DNA of 64,000 bases from the NCBI GenBank assembly GCA_964016885.1, contig OZ024754.1, forward strand, positions 10,168,001 through 10,232,000, read 5' to 3'. The DNA is from Eledone cirrhosa (lineage: Eukaryota). Positions within the stretch are counted from its first letter, which is position 1, and every line of letters starts with the position of its first letter. Below are positions 52,110 to 64,000 of this stretch, one piece after another. The notes beneath the pieces were generated by a model that was not told the DNA's origin, did no database searches, and saw only the letters and a list, made by a program, of their open reading frames with translations. Made by a program: the position numbers and the translations under genes.

Positions 52110-53079
52110 TATAGTATGGCCATTCTACAGCAAATTATTCAGTCCTATTGTCATATATTTCAACTGAAGAGGTCAAAGTTTACTAATGTAATAACAGACA
52201 TCAACAAGTGAACACTCTTAACCAACGGCTCATTACTTAGAATGAATCTCTAACTTACTATCATTTACAGGTCATCAAACACACAGACACAGAAACATAC
52301 TAACATACACAAACACACTATACACCTGCATACAATAGCATACACATAAGATACAAACATTACATACATACATACAACACACAATAACACACACATGCAC
52401 ACACAAATAATTATATAAACACACACACACAAATAATCACACTCACAATCACACATATGAAAAAATAATTACAAACACAGACAATTCACATGCACACAAT
52501 AACACACACATACACACATACACACATAAACAATTACACACACACAAACAATTACATAAACACACACACACACACATACATACATACACACATAAACAAT
52601 TACACACACACAAACAATTACATAAATACACACACACACACATACATACATACATACAAATAATCACGCTCACAATAACACACAAACAATTATATACAAA
52701 CGCACACAATTCACATGCACACAATAACACACACACAAACAATGACATACAGATACACATACAATTACCTATACACACAAACTCTGAGGATGTAGAGTAA
52801 AAAAGTATCAGTACCATTACATAATTATTTATAGACAGCCATCAAATGGCTGATGGCTGTCCAATAATAAAAACTGGAAATCTAATTTGATTTAAATATG
52901 ATTAGCAATAAGTATTACAAGAAGACACAACTTTTGCTTAATAATATCTTGAAGTGAACTAGTAATGAGAGAGTTTTATAGTAGTTCCTCTGACAGTTTC
53001 TTATCAAAGACTTCTAACAGTTGTGTTTTATAGAAGCCCTTCAAACATTTGTGTCTTATCAAAGCCTCTAAAATTGTTG

Positions 53080-53518
53080 TGTTTTATCAAAGCCCCTAAA
53101 ATAATTGTGTTTCTGAGAATGAATAGCTGTTTATATAGATCTATAAACACTGGAGTAATGAGAGAGGTAAATAATTGATTCTACGTTTGCAACAAGGCCA
53201 GCAATTATACCAGTGTATTACTGGTACTTTATTTTATCAACCCCATAAGGGTGAAAGGCAAAGTTAACCTCAGCAGGATTTTCTCATAATAATTGTTTCT
53301 ACCCTTGGCACAAGGCCAGCAATTATCCCAGTGTATTACTGGTACTTTATTTTATCGACCCCGTAAAATAAAGTACCAGTAATACACTGGCATAATTGCT
53401 GGCCTTGTGCCAAAAGCAGAAACATATTTACCTCTCTCATTACTCCAGTGTTTATAGATCTATATAAACAGCTAGCCAGTCTCAGAAACACAATTATTTT
53501 AGGGGCTTTGATAAAACA
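53080..53518. repeat. Fold-back inverted duplication spanning flank sequence and SINE A tails
   Basis: 53080-53237 is the reverse complement of about 53363-53518. The central SINE tail turns back on itself around TCGACCCCG (about 53355-53362). Confidence 0.9.
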
Positions 53519-53726
53519 ACTGTTAGAGGGGCTTCAATAAAACAGACAAATAATAGAGTGTAAACATATTAATCAGAATATAATAAATCACGCGAGGGGG
53601 GGGGGGGGGAGATAGATGTGTGTAGATGAGAGAGAGAGAGGAGTATAGATTAGATAGATTGAGAGAAAAAGAGAGAGAGAGAGATGGATAGATAGATAAA
53701 TTTGATTATATATATATATATATATG

Positions 53727-54604
53727 AGAGAGAGAAAAAGAGAGGGTGATAGAGAGAGAAAGAGAGGGTGATAGAGAGAGAAAAAGAGAGGGTGATAGAG
53801 AGAGAAAAAGAGAGGGTGATAGAGAGAGAAAAAGAGAGGGTGATAGAGAGAGAAAAAGAGAGGGTGATAGAGAGAGAAAAAGAGAGGGTGATAGAGAGAG
53901 AAAAAGAGAGGGTGATAGAGAGAGAAAAAGAGAGGGTGATAGAGAGAGAAAAAGAGAGGGTGATAGAGAGAGAAAAAGAGAGGGTGATAGAGAGAGAAAA
54001 AGAGAGGGTGATAGAGAGAGAAAAAGAGAGGGTGATAGAGAGAGAAAAAGAGAGGGTGATAGAGAGAGAAAAAGAGAGGGTGATAGAGAGAGAAAAAGAG
54101 AGGGTGATAGAGAGAGAAAAAGAGAGGGTGATAGAGAGAGAAAAAGAGAGGGTGATAGAGAGAGAAAGAGAGAGGGTGATAGAGAGAGAGAAAGAGAGAG
54201 GGTGATAGAGAGAGAAAGAGAGAGGGTGATAGAGAGAGAAAAAGAGGGTGATAGAGAGAGAAAGAGAGGGTGATAGAGAGAGAAAGAGAGGGTGATAGAG
54301 AGAGAAAGAGAGGGTGATAGAGAGAGAAAGAGAGGGTGATAGAGAGAGAAAAAGAGGGTGATAGAGAGAGAAAGAGAGGGTGATAGAGAGAGAAAAAGAG
54401 GGTGATAGAGAGAGAAAAAGAGGGTGATAGAGAGAGAAAGAGAGGGTGATAGAGAGAGAAAAAGAGGGTGATAGAGAGAGAAAGAGAGGGTGATAGAGAG
54501 AGAAAGAGAGGGTGATAGAGAGAGAAAAAGAGGGTGATAGAGAGAGAAAGAGAGGGTGATAGAGAGAGAAAAAGAGGGTGATAGAGAGAGAAAGAGAGGG
54601 TGAT
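53727..54604. repeat. 20-22-bp GA-rich minisatellite (GAGGGTGATAGAGAGAGAAAAA)n
   Basis: About 40 units. Explains ORFs 53650-54657, 53746-54273 and 53768-54205. Confidence 0.97.
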
Positions 54605-54741
54605 GCGGGGATACAGTTGGATAGAAGCATAAAGAAATATTGAGAAGCAGTTAACATGAAAGTATGTTTGATAAAATATACATAAACTACATATAGTTCA
54701 CAAACACTATAGAGAAGGAGAACTAGGTTTTCAGAGGGTGT

Positions 54742-54856
54742 AGGAGGAGGAGGGGGGCGAGGGGGGACGAGGAGGAGAGGAGGGGGGGCGAGGGGGGACG
54801 AGGAGGAGAGGAGAGGGGCGAGGGGGGACGAGGGGGAGAGGAGGGGGGGGGGGGGT
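54742..54856 (+). repeat. G-run-rich ~30-bp repeat with G-quadruplex potential
   Basis: GGGGGGCGAGGGGGGACGAGGAGGAGAGGA x3 plus a long G run. Confidence 0.7.
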
Positions 54857-55687
54857 GCCTTTATAGATCTTGTTTTTGGTTAAAGCATTAAATCTTTCAA
54901 AAATGGCAAGATTCTACTAGATAGATTAGCTCAATATAAAACAGCAATGGAATAGGGGGAGGTGGGGGTTTATAGGATAGGATTGAGGCTAGGATAGGAG
55001 TGGCATGGGATGGGATGGGATGGGATGGGATAAGAAAATCATATCGAAATTGCAGTTCAGTTGCAGATATTGGTCAGGGGTGGCAAGTGTAGAACTTTGC
55101 CAAGATAATAATGACGTAAAGAAAACATTAAGTTAGGAGAAATTCTGACAAACTGACCATAAATATATTCTGGTATATGCTTCAACTGTCTTAAATGCAA
55201 TGAAAATCTGTTGGTTTATACAAAAAAAAAAAAAATAATAATAATAATAATGATAATAATAAATAACCAAAGAAACCCCTGCAAAACTAACAAAATCCAA
55301 ACAAAAAAAAAATAATTGTTTCTGCTTAAAAGCTATGTATGCCTTTATGATCAATATAGTAGCAAGTAATTAGAACATGCAAGGCCACTTTTCTATGTAT
55401 ACAGCCAATAAAATATAAAACTGGAGAATGTTGAGTTCCTCGGAGCTATATATACTGGAGAACTTACAAGAAGCAAATGTATAAGTACATGTATAAATTA
55501 CATCTATGCTGCAGGAGGAATAAAGAGACAGAAACCAGTTCAGACAACAGCAGGTTTTGGTTTTGGTTTGTGTTTAGGTTTGTGTTTTGTGCTTTTTGCC
55601 ACTATTCTCTCTCCTCACTACCTCCTCCAAAACTACCCTCAAGAATTATTAACTGCAAATTTCTCATTATCATTATTGTCATTATCT

Positions 55688-56120
55688 GATAATGGTGATA
55701 ATATAACAACAACAACTAATGAAACAATAATAACTGTGATAATGGTGATATTATAATTACAGCAACAACAACTAATGAAACAATAATAGCTGTGATAATG
55801 GTGATATTATAATTACAACAACAACAACTAATGAAACAATAATAACTGTGATAATGGTGATATAATTACAACAACAACAACAAATGAAACAATAATAACT
55901 GTGATAATGGTGATATTATAATTACAACAACAACAACTAATGAAACAATAATAACTGTGATAATGGTGATATTATAATTCAACAACAACAACAACTAATG
56001 AAACAATAATAACTGTGATAATGGTGATAATATAATTACAACAACAACAACTAATGAAACAATAATAACTGTGATAATGGTGATATTATAATTACAACAA
56101 CTAATAACAGTGATAATATA
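55688..56120. repeat. About 53-56-bp minisatellite, about 7-8 copies
   Basis: ACAACAACAACTAATGAAACAATAATAACTGTGATAATGGTGATATTATAATT repeated. Confidence 0.93.
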
Positions 56121-56319
56121 GTTACAACAATAAATAACAGTGATTAGAATATAAGATGAAATAATGCAGGGGTTTGTATGATGACATTGTAAGGATGTGA
56201 TGGATGTAGAATATAGGGAGGGGAGAAAGGGAGAAAGGGAGAAAAATAGAGAGAAAGAGAGAGATAGATCGATAAGAAAGATAGAAAGAAAGAGAAAAAG
56301 AGAAAGAAAGATAGGTAGA

Positions 56320-56352
<33 letters not shown>

Positions 56353-57260
56353 AAGAAAGATAGAAAAGAAAGAGAAAGAAAAAGAAAAAGAAAGAGAAAG
56401 AAAAAAGAAAGAGCGAAAGAAAAAGAAAGAGAAAAAGAAAAAAAAGAAAAAAGGAAGAAAAAGGAAATAAGAGAGAAAGAGAGAATGAAAAAAGAAAGAA
56501 AGAAATAAAAGAAAGAAAAAAAAAGAAAAAAAGAAAGAAAAAAAAAGATAGAAGGAAAGAAAGAAAGAAAGAAAGAAAGAACTAAGACATTGCCAACAGA
56601 GAAGTAAAGAGATTATAATTAAAATATACAATTTCCAGCTTCAAGTAAAATTCTAGTAATATTTATATATTTATTATTTTTCACTTGCCTTCAGCAATAT
56701 TAGGGAAGGAAAAACAACATCGTTAGCAACTATATACTAACTTATGTATGTATACAGGTAACACACACACACAGATTCATACATAGACACATATATACAC
56801 ACATAAAAACATTTATATATTCACATATATATAAAAACATTTATATATTCACATATATATATATATATATAAACATATATATTCAACAATATGCACATAT
56901 GTATATTTATATAAAAAAACATGTTCACAATATGCATATATGCATATATATATATATATATATATACACATACACACTCAAACATGTATATATGCATAGA
57001 TATATACACACACCCACACACATATATATATATAAACATATATAAATGCACGATATACACACATATACACATGTACATATATACACACACACATATACAC
57101 CGGGAGAGAGCAAGAGAGAATGTTAGTGAGAGAGAGAGAGAGTTTGTACAAAAGACGTTAGAAAGTAAATGGACAGGGGAGTGTTCATTACAATAGGGGA
57201 GAGAGAGAGAGAGGGAGAGAGAGAGAGAGAGGGAGAGAGAGAGAGAGAGAGGGAGAGAGA

Positions 57261-57319
<59 letters not shown>

Positions 57320-58176
57320 AATCAAAGGTAAAGTATCTATGACCAAATATTTCCTGAAAGAGATCCCTTACATTCAGATCTCTCATTACTTATCCAATTA
57401 ACAACTGGTGTAGAATGTTCAATTGTATTTTCAGACCCACTATACCAGCTAGACTAATTCCTGAGATAGTTATTACAAACATAATTAGGAATTAAACTCT
57501 GATAATTTCCATTGCCTGAAAGGGAAATACTAGTATTTAGGAGCTTAGAAAATAAATAAATATGAAGATCGAATCTACGAACATGAGTGAATAAAAGTGA
57601 ACAAATATGTTAAGCACAGCCTGTACCACACCCAAGTAACTGAAAATGATAGGACAACAACTGTTCGATAATTGTAAATGATAAACCATGGCTGCCTGTT
57701 AGCCTATAGGAAATTGTATACAAGAGTGTCGAAAAGAATTAGGTAGATAAAATTGTAAGTATTTCCTACTTATTCTGAAGCCTGACGAAGCATATCCCTA
57801 ATTCTACAGAAATTAGTTACGCATATTTATCCCGAACAAAAACGTTTCCAAACAATAACTGCAGCTTTCAGGCATTTGAATATCATTAGGATTTAAGACC
57901 AAGTGGGAACGCAATTGAAAATTTGATTTACTTCCAAGAGAGTAAACTGAGAAATGAATGAATGAATAGATGATGCAGTGACCATATCAAATGACCAGAT
58001 ATAAACTATGTTAAGCACAAACTCTTCAGTCACAGGATACAGTCTCAACTTGTTACTGTTCTCTCCTTGATTTTTCTAAACCAAAGTCACATCTTGGAAA
58101 AGTCAGTAATAATATGCAGAGTACAATGTTGTTAGAATGGAGAAATTCTGACTTTTAAAATATATATTCTATTAAA

Positions 58177-58301
<125 letters not shown>

Positions 58302-59814
58302 AGGGAGAGAGAAAGGGGGAGAGAGAGAGAGAGAGAGAGAGGGGGGGGAGAGATGGTCAAGTAGCAGAAATACTTCAAATTAGACACACATTCATTCTAT
58401 ATAAAATAATAGTCATATATATTTAGTCTATATTATTAATCAAAACATACTTTTTTCATTATCTTTTTCAATCTATTTTTATAGAAAGAGCAAATAGAAG
58501 TTAAATAAAGACAAACGTTGATAAAAGTAGATATTAACAAAAAAAAAAAAAAAAAATAATAATAATAATAATAATAATAAATTGGATAAAACTGAAAATG
58601 TGCCATTGTTTTATTTTTACACTCCTCTTGGAATCAATTTTACATTTTTCACATCATGTACACATCTAATCTGGCCAAGTCTTCAAACATATCAGTTATA
58701 AATGTGCACTTTACTATTATTGAAATCATGACTAGCTTTCACAATTAATCATTTTCTACTCATTTCACAAGAATATTTTTATGTTTCGAGTGAGTGATAT
58801 AGAGTTGTTCGTGGACAGTTGTTGCTGTTGACTCATACTGTTTTTAGAAACACAGGCATATCACCAAACTTCATCATTATATCCCGATCAGTATTACTAT
58901 GGCGCAGTGTTCTAAACAATCATCATCATCGTTTAACATCCATTTTTCACCAAAATATTAAATGTACATTTAAAACAGAAGTGACAAAATTTGGTCTTTA
59001 ATGAGTACAGTTAGCCAGATTTTCTAATTTATCAATCTATCTTTCTAGTATATATATATATATTTTTTTTTTAGATATATATAATTTCGTAGATACTTTA
59101 AAAGTAAATACTGTTTTCAGCTATAAAATATTCAAATCATTATCATATTGTTTTCTGAATAATGAGTTTTTTCTACAGTGATTTCATACAATCTTGAAAA
59201 GAGTAGCTTTATAGGAAAGTTGAAGTTATATCTTACATGAATAAATTATTCTATATTTGAAAAATTTGTACAAAGATATCACAGTGTAATTGGGAAAACT
59301 TTAGCATTTAATAAGAAATATGGCAGCAATAACACGGAGTTTGAACATTTCAATAATTCTCTACATGGCCAAGATAAAAATATATGAATAAATAATGACA
59401 ATAAAAGGCATCTTCATTACTCTTTGATATTTTAATCTGAACCAGGAATCATTATACCATTCATGTTGTAAGAGGTGATTAAAACAGTTATCATCAAGAA
59501 GGGCATCCAGTGGTAAAATATTGCCTCAAAACCTCCCACCCAACCCATGGCAGCATGGAAAAGTTAGCCTAAATACGAGATAACATGGAAACTGAATTCC
59601 AGTAGAAACTTCCCGACAAAAAGAATAGAAATCCTGACCCAGCAAACATCTTTCTAAAAGTGCAGGAACTTTGATTAAAAAAGGAAAGAAAAAACTAAAA
59701 TTAAAATCACGTATATTGATCTCTTTTTATTCACTTAAGAAATGGAAAAATCTGGGTGCCATGTCCCAGAATAAAAAACAAATATATAAGAATAATTGGT
59801 GTCGACACCACTTC

Positions 59815-60005
59815 CACCACTACACACCATCATCCTCATCCTCATCATCATCACCACCACCACCACCACCACCCCTGCCACCACCACCATCATCATCACT
59901 ACCACCACCACCACCACCACCATCATCACTACCACCACCACCACCACCACCATCATCACTACCACCACCACCACCACCACCACCACCACCACCACCACCA
60001 CCACC

Positions 60006-60069
<64 letters not shown>

Positions 60070-60158
60070 CTACCACCACCACTGTTACCACCACCATCAT
60101 CATCATCACCACCACCACCACCACCATCCCTGCCACCACCACCATCATCATCACTACC

Positions 60159-60216
<58 letters not shown>

Positions 60217-60246
60217 CCACCACCACCATCACACCCACCACCACCA
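59815..60246. repeat. (CAC)n/(CAT)n trinucleotide expansion adjoining an RTE-type SINE tail (60246-60390, minus)
   Basis: Contiguous with TTTAACGTCTATTTTTCCATGCTTCCATGGGTTAGAC, the reverse of the RTE-type tail. Confidence 0.88.
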
Positions 60247-60397
60247 TTTAACGTCTATTTTTCCATGCTTCCATGGGTTAGACAGGTCGTTCACATTGCA
60301 AGACACGTCTGGCCAGTTGGCCACACCATACCTTGTTCAAACAGAACTGTATATTGGCAGGGAATTCTACAGCTGGATCCCCTTCCTGACATTTCAA

Positions 60398-60580
60398 ATA
60401 ATAATTGTTTCTACTTTTGGCACAAGGCAAGCAAATACCCAGTGTATTACTGGTACTTTATTTTATCGACCCTGTAAGGATGAAAGGCAAAGTTAACCTC
60501 GGCGGGATTTGAACTCAGAATGGCAAGGGCCATAACTATGCATCAAAGCATGGTGTCCGACCCTCTACCGATACTGCCAA
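60398..60580 (-). mobile_element. SINE family A, near full length
   Basis: Matches the family pattern from tail to A box. Confidence 0.9.
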
Positions 60581-61139
60581 TATTTACATACATCCATTGC
60601 ATTTTTAGTGGAGATTTGTCAAGGAACATGACAGCTTTAGCAACAGATTCATAAAACACATCTTTCAATCTTTAACACTTAAAAGGGGGAAAATATGAGT
60701 GTTTTATTTTAATTTTTTTAACAAAGCATTATATTAAAATTACCAGGCTATTCTAAAACACAGGGAAATAATCAGATATAAGAAACGACTACAATTTACT
60801 TTTACACCAACCATTTTGAGAAAATAATAAATACATATATATCTAAATATAAAACATTATGTTTTGCAATAGTGATGATTCTGTAGTTTTATTCCAAAAT
60901 AGCTATAGGAAAATATTTTACACAATTCCTGTTATAGCGCTATTTGGCTGAGAACATATTCTTGTTAAACAGCTCGTTAAGTCCGACTTCAGTGTTATTT
61001 CTTGACAATATCTCATCTTACTACAGACATTGCCAACTTCAGCCAATAAACACAACTAAAACTAACACCACAAATACTGTAACTCACACTACCACTACTA
61101 CTCCTGATGATGGTGATGATGATGATATAATAATGATAA

Positions 61140-61182
<43 letters not shown>

Positions 61183-62151
61183 AATAAATAAATAAATACA
61201 ACTAAAACTACCACCACAAATACTCTATCCCACACTACTACTACTACTCCTGATGATGGTGATGATGATATAATAATAATGATAATAATAATAATTGTTT
61301 CTATTTTAGGTACAAGGCCAGCAATTACCCAGTGTATTACTGGTACTTTATTTTATTGACCCCGTAAGGATGAAAGGCAAAGTTAACCTCGGCGGGATTT
61401 GAACTCAGACCGTAAAGGGACGTAACTATGCTGATAATAATAATAATAATAAATAACAACTAAAACTACCACCACAAATACTGTAACTCACACTACTACT
61501 ACTACTGATGGTGATGATGATGATGTTAAAATAATAATAATTACAACTAAAACTACCACCACAAATACTGTAACTCACACCACTACTACTACTACTACTA
61601 CTACAACCACCACTACTACTGATGATGGTGATGATGATGATAAAATAGTAATAATAATTACAACTAAAACTCACACCACTACTACTGATGTTGATGATGA
61701 TGATGATGATGATAAAAAATAATAATCTGTCATGCGTTCAACATACTTATGAAATAAAACCATAATATAAAGGAGACACAAAAAAAAAAAAAAAAAAAAA
61801 TATGCAAGAATTTCCAACATTGACAATAGCAAATATTAAATTTTCATTGGTTAAATTCAACAAAGAAACAACGTTAGCGGCATTTACATTAATTATAATC
61901 AATCTTCACTATTTTTTAAAATCTTTTATATGTACATTATGAAACAAAAATAAACATATGCTTCTGTATATGAAAACACAGATCTATTCTACTTTTGTAA
62001 TAAATTATATGATTCAACAGGTGTGTATGTCTGTACAGGTGCTTACAAGCTGCTTGTGTGGGTGTTCAGTCCATGCTTTTAGTGTATGGCTGATGTATGA
62101 TGAGGTTAACCATATAATTAAATCCAAATCATGCTTTCATACAAGGATCTG

Positions 62152-62378
62152 AACCCTATAACATTTAAACTGGCCATATCCAGCCAGAATTCTCTCACCT
62201 CTTTCTGTTCCAACTGGCTGTAATTGGCTGCTCATACTTATGTTAAAATATTCTTCTCAAAATAAATAACACCAAAATCTTGTAGATTCGATGATATGTG
62301 AGATAATTATGTGAGGGAAAGTGTTTACCATGAAAATAAAATAGTAAATAGAGAGTAATGTAGATGTTTAAGTGTTAA
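62152..62378 (-). mobile_element. piggyBac-like MITE, diverged
   Basis: AACCCTATAACATTTAAACTGGCCATATCCAGCCAGAATTCTCTCACC is the reverse complement of the family 3' end. Confidence 0.75.
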
Positions 62379-62929
62379 ATAATCTGGTTAACAGAACTTA
62401 TCTGCTATACCTGGATAATTCATGGGTTTTAAATGATTGTGGCTTCTCATACTGTTAGCTGAGTTGAAAACCCTAGAATACTGGGGGAGGTGGGGGTGAA
62501 GTGCTAAGGTGCAGAATTAACAGGTATTGATGTTATACCCTTAAAAACTGAACTAAGTCAACTTGAAAATCAGAAACTGTTAAAGAAAGAGGGGGCCGAG
62601 CAATTCTTTCTGATCAGCTTTCTTCCATAGTTGGCTACCTTCAGCTATTCTTATCTTAAAACTCCTAATTTGTGTCTAACATCCATGCATTCATGCATGG
62701 ATGTCTCTCTCTATATATATCAATGTAATGCTTATGTGCTGCTAAGTCCTCAGCCGACAATATACATGTTATAATCAACAGCAAGAAATCTTTCATTTAA
62801 CTCTTGGGTAACGATTAAATCTTACAAATTCCCCATCTATACATTTTATAAAACAGAATCTTCATGCCTACATAAATATTATTCCTTCACTCTCTCACTG
62901 AGCAGAGACAGATACGTATAGTCACACAC

Positions 62930-62993
<64 letters not shown>

Positions 62994-63067
62994 TATAACG
63001 GCATTCCTGTCTTAACGACATCACAACTTTCTCCGCTTGGCCTGTTCCCCCCCCCCTTTTGGAACTT

Positions 63068-63103
63068 TCCCCCGTTGATGGGCGTGAGCCCGAAATATTG
63101 GGA
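63068..63103 (+). ncRNA. Degenerate minimal hammerhead in a (TA)n-flanked insert (about 62999-63295)
   Basis: Stem I UCCC/GGGA, stem II GGGC-GUGA-GCCC, GAAA, palindromic AUAU. The core reads CCGUUGA, two mismatches to CUGANGA. Confidence 0.5.
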
Positions 63104-63394
63104 TTAAATCTCCACTACGGTAACCCTTCTACCTTTGTTTTGTTTTCATCTTTGTCTCTCTCAATTTTCACTTCCTCCTGTTTCTCCTATCTATCATTCA
63201 CTTCCTACCTCGAGATTTCCCTCTGCATTGTTGTGGCTTTCTTAACTACGTATTTTACACATTTCACAATGCTTCAAGCAAACTTTAACACCCTCATATA
63301 TATATATATATATATACATATATACATATATATATATACATATATACATATATAAAGGAACGATCGACTTTCGTCAAATCGGACCAAGAGAACA

Positions 63395-63573
63395 ATGTTT
63401 CCGTTGGTCTTTCCAATTGCTAATACTATCTATCGGTCGCAACTCCAGGTAGAAGGAGCAACGTGAAATAAAGTGTCTTGCTCAAGGACATAACGCATCG
63501 CCTGGTCCAGGAATCGAACTCACAACCTTACGATTGCGAATCCAATTCTCTAACCACTCAGCCACACGCCTTC
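63395..63573 (-). mobile_element. tRNA-derived CORE-type SINE (short form)
   Basis: Minus strand: A box TGGCTGAGTGG, B box GAGTTCGATTCC and CORE-like TGTCCTTGAGCAAGACACTTTATTTCAC. Confidence 0.85.
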
Positions 63574-63786
63574 ATAAAGTGAAGCAAGTCCATAGAATTA
63601 TTTGATAATATATATACATCATTTCAACTCCCAATTAGCATAATTAACCACACAAAAAATCAATTAGACCAGGCTATAAGATTAAAAGGCACCTATGAAG
63701 AAACAGTAAATAAATATACCATAGCAGCGTCTTTGCGGCCAACCGCTATAAAATATCTATCCAACATTTCAACAGCACGTGGAAAT

Positions 63787-63835
<49 letters not shown>

Positions 63836-64000
63836 AGTTTTTCCAAATTGAAGGATAAGTATTTAACCTTAATTTTATTCTGAGTTAAGACTCTATTGGT
63901 TTTTTTCCCTGGATTTCACAAAATCTGTGGATAAAATTTCTGTCTTGACTTTTTTTGAATTGGGTTTGAATTATTTTCCCACATCTTACGTTAAATATTT

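Noticed and set aside
52834-52861. Perfect 11-bp hairpin GACAGCCATCA/TGATGGCTGTC
   Set aside because: Isolated and too short for a pre-miRNA, with no supporting context.
53650-54657. 335-aa ORF and overlapping ER/K-rich ORFs
   Set aside because: Translation of the GA-rich minisatellite.
57775-57872. CTGACGA with nearby hairpins
   Set aside because: No GAAA is positioned after a closing stem II.
59671-60496. Long poly-Pro/Ser, poly-His and poly-Thr/Ile ORFs
   Set aside because: All frames are open only because of the (CAC/CAT)n expansion, and the ORFs run into SINE sequence.

Overview
AT-rich, microsatellite-dense eukaryotic DNA, not prokaryotic. The SINE repertoire (tRNA-headed SINEs with CORE and RTE-derived parts) and the extreme (TA)n/(CA)n/(GA)n load suggest an octopod cephalopod (inference). 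The window reads as intronic or intergenic. No complete protein-coding gene is supportable, and almost all ORFs in the track are translations of simple repeats. Contents: (i) about 30 SINE copies from at least three families, one sharing its 3' tail with an RTE LINE fragment present in the same window; (ii) truncated RTE, CR1-type and Tx1/L1-type LINE ends; (iii) a TTAA-flanked piggyBac-like MITE family, a non-autonomous Helitron and a Tigger-like remnant; (iv) many minisatellites, several born from TE internal sequence; (v) a candidate first coding exon on the minus strand (41019-40942) beside a TE-poor, probably regulatory block. The most interesting signal is a set of minimal type I hammerhead ribozyme folds with palindromic stem III (the Penelope-like-element type) from several unrelated families, mostly beside (TA)n tracts. 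One pair sits as sense and antisense copies inside a ~130-bp inverted repeat. Several other long fold-back structures would form dsRNA. Repeat coordinates were read by eye and may be off by a few bases.
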